The notes under the pieces: generated by a model | Seen by the model: the letters and a program-made list of their open reading frames with translations, nothing else | Databases searched by the model: none | What the model was told of the DNA's origin: nothing | Part shown: piece by piece, positions 49,131 through 51,108 of the stretch | Layout: every line of letters starts with the position of its first letter | Position numbering within the stretch: position 1 is the stretch's first letter | NCBI GenBank assembly: GCA_049889335.1 | Contig: JBMHDP010000068.1 | Span: 1-51,108, forward strand | Direction of reading: 5' to 3' | Source of the DNA: Planctomycetota bacterium | GTDB taxonomy: Bacteria; Planctomycetota; UBA1135; UBA2386 | DNA: 51,108 nt | Position numbers and translations under genes: made by a program

Positions 49131-49165
49131 CGAGCCCCACGACGCGCAGGGCGTCGTGGGGCTCG
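49131..49165 (-). terminator. intrinsic-terminator-like hairpin after HEAT paralog 2
   Basis: A perfect 14-bp stem, CGAGCCCCACGACG (49131-49144) paired with CGTCGTGGGGCTCG (49152-49165), encloses a 7-nt loop. It begins 48 nt past the stop of the 49213 gene. No U-tract follows on the minus strand, which is common in high-GC genomes. Confidence 0.45.
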
Positions 49166-49212
49166 CTCGAGGGCTGAGGTCGGACTTGCGTCCGCCCCTG
49201 CGTGCCGGCTCC

Positions 49213-51108
49213 CTACAGGATGTCGAGGATGCCGGTCTGGCTGTTGGTCAGCGTCTCCACCGCGGCGCGGTAGTTCATGTTGACGCCGATGGCGCTGTTC
49301 CAGGGCAGCGGCTGCTTGTCGGCGACGCCGCCGAGCGCGACCGCGGCGAAGGCCCGCGACAGGTCGCTGAGCTTGTCGTCGAACAGCAGGTCCTTCAGAG
49401 GCTGGATCGAGCGCTTGTCGCCGATGAAGCCGATCGCCGAGGCGATGGCGCTCAGCTTGGCGAGGTTCGGCTCGCCGTCGGTCATCAGCTTCTGCAGCCG
49501 CTCCGCGACGGTCTTGTCTCCGAGCTTGCCCAGCGCGATGGCCGCCTGCTGCAGGAGGCTGAAGCGACGGGTCGAGGCGTCGACGACGTTCTTGATGTCC
49601 TCGATCGAGCGGTCGTCCTTCATCAGGGCGAGGCCGATCGCGAGGTAGCCGGCCATCTCTTCCTTGGCCTGGTTCTTCAGCATCTGGTCGCGCATCTCGT
49701 CGGCGGCGTCCGTGAACTGGTTCAGGCCGAGCGCGATGGCGAGCGCGCCGGTGAGGCTCGGGTTCTTGCTCTTCTCGAGCTCCTTGTAGAGCGTCTCCCC
49801 GATGAACGAGTCGGGGTTGACGCTGTCGCCGCGCGCCTTCTGGTCCTCATACTCGAAGTGCGAGTAGACGCCCAGTGCCATGGCGCACCACGGCTTCTCG
49901 ATCGCCTTGCCCGCCTTGTCGAAGGCCTTCAGCAGCGCCTCACGGTTGAGCGCGCCGCCGATCCAGCCGAGGCTGAGGACCGAGAAGTTGCGGGTCTGCA
50001 CGTCCTTGTGCTTGTTCCACTGCGTGAGCAGCAGCTTGCTGTACTCGGCGTCCTCCGACTTCTTGTCGTCGTAGGGCTTGCACATCTGCCCGAGCGCGAG
50101 GGCGCACGACTGGCTGATGGCGTTGCCGGCGCGCTTGATCTTGCCCTTGTCCTGCAGGTCGGCGGCGAACAGCTTCTTGAAGTGCTCGCTGCGCTCGTGA
50201 TCCGCGCCGATCAAGGTCGCGATCGCCGGCGGGCAGTGCGCCAGGATGATGTTGCGGCCCGCGCCGAGCTTCTGCATGTAGAACTTCTCGAGCGTGTCGA
50301 CGGCGTCGGAGAGCAACGCCTTCTCCTCGTCCGTGCCCGTGCCGATGTTCAGGATGCGGATGCCGTTGATCGCCGCGACCTGGATGTTGCGGTCGCGGAG
50401 GTCCTTGCTCTCGAGCACCTTCTTGAGCGCGTCGAACGCCTGCTTCTTGATCGCGACGTCCGAGTTGCGGTAGGAGACGAGGCCGAGGCCGTAGCAGGCG
50501 AAGGCGCGGGTCCGGATGTTGACGCTGCCGCCGGACGACTCGCGGCCCTTGCCCTTGTCGAGCGCGAGGTCGACGAGCATGTTCATCTCGTCCTCACCCG
50601 CGATCGCCGAGATGCCGTAGGAGAGCGCGGCACTCTCGCGGACCTCTTGGGTGTTCTCCGAGAGGCGCGGCTCGAAGACGTCGCGCAGCTTGAACTCGGG
50701 GTGGTCCTGACCGATCTTGGCCATCGCGATCATGCACGACGAGCTGATGTCCTTGTAATCGGTCGAGTCGATCGCCTTCTTCAGGGCCGGCAGGATCTCG
50801 CCCATGATGTCTTCCTGCGTAGGACGCAGGGAGTCGCGCGCGGCGCTCTTGCGCGTGCTGCCGAGGTAGAAGTCGTCGGAGCCGGTCTGGGGGCCGCCCT
50901 GGAGGACCGCGTCACGCAGACGGATGAAGGGGTCCTTGTTGAACTCCCACCAGAAGCTCCACTTGGTCAGGTCGTCGCCGATCTGCATGCCGCGACCGCC
51001 CGTCGTCGGGCCGGGGCGACCGGCGGGGCCGGCGGGGCCGCCCGTGCTCGGACCGGCGGGGCCACCCGTCGCCGGGCCGGAGGGCGCGGGCGCGCTGGGG
51101 CCGCTCGG
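49213..51108 (-). CDS. secreted HEAT-repeat protein, paralog 2 (Lys-rich); N-terminus outside the window
   Basis: The frame stays open past the listed ATG (50988) to the window edge. That upstream part encodes a Gly/Pro-rich stretch (PSGPSAPAPSGPATGGPAGPSTGGPAGPAGRPGPTTGGRG) equivalent to the linker of paralog 1. It is followed by the GDDLTKWSFWWEFNKDPF motif, HEAT-like repeats, and a C-terminal NYRAAVETLTNSQTGILDIL. Confidence 0.7.
   Translation of the reverse strand, partial: PSGPSAPAPSGPATGGPAGPSTGGPAGPAGRPGPTTGGRGMQIGDDLTKWSFWWEFNKDPFIRLRDAVLQGGPQTGSDDFYLGSTRKSAARDSLRPTQEDIMGEILPALKKAIDSTDYKDISSSCMIAMAKIGQDHPEFKLRDVFEPRLSENTQEVRESAALSYGISAIAGEDEMNMLVDLALDKGKGRESSGGSVNIRTRAFACYGLGLVSYRNSDVAIKKQAFDALKKVLESKDLRDRNIQVAAINGIRILNIGTGTDEEKALLSDAVDTLEKFYMQKLGAGRNIILAHCPPAIATLIGADHERSEHFKKLFAADLQDKGKIKRAGNAISQSCALALGQMCKPYDDKKSEDAEYSKLLLTQWNKHKDVQTRNFSVLSLGWIGGALNREALLKAFDKAGKAIEKPWCAMALGVYSHFEYEDQKARGDSVNPDSFIGETLYKELEKSKNPSLTGALAIALGLNQFTDAADEMRDQMLKNQAKEEMAGYLAIGLALMKDDRSIEDIKNVVDASTRRFSLLQQAAIALGKLGDKTVAERLQKLMTDGEPNLAKLSAIASAIGFIGDKRSIQPLKDLLFDDKLSDLSRAFAAVALGGVADKQPLPWNSAIGVNMNYRAAVETLTNSQTGILDIL

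Overview
This is a very GC-rich, densely coding bacterial chromosomal segment. Third codon positions are almost always G/C; GC was judged by eye and not computed. I call 38 protein-coding genes. I saw no rRNA, tRNA, CRISPR array, transposase or integrase. Most genes are housekeeping: accB-accC, pfk, gap, dacB, an inositol monophosphatase, thiE/thiL/tsaE, cca, dxr-rseP-ubiA-like and purM. Five loci stand out. (1) A 9.5-kb operon at 15202-24673 is joined by 4-nt overlaps. It encodes a 1967-aa tandem-duplicated UvrA with four intact ABC ATPase modules, an XPB/Ssl2-type helicase with the RED motif, and a 619-aa partner whose C-terminus repeats the XPB N-terminal domain. No uvrB or uvrC is in the window. 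This is my best candidate for an undescribed DNA-surveillance or repair module. (2) A gap-arsJ pair with an ATGA overlap matches the known organoarsenical-efflux arsenate resistance pair, but no arsR or arsC is nearby. (3) An ECF sigma, anti-sigma-like, TolC-like and HEAT-repeat cluster has a candidate ECF-type promoter. (4) Two tandem HEAT-repeat paralogs have strikingly different Lys/Arg usage. They are separated by a 14-bp-stem hairpin and a perfect sigma54 -24/-12 element whose predicted +1 falls on the ATG. (5) Several operon-first genes have TAnnnT hexamers 6-11 nt upstream of the start codon, which suggests leaderless mRNAs. Many gene junctions are GTGA or ATGA overlaps. The very long antisense and alternate-frame ORFs in the track are stop-codon-poor GC artefacts. 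All family assignments come from motif recognition by eye, since no searches could be run. Phylum is uncertain; the gene content would fit Planctomycetota or Myxococcota-like lineages.
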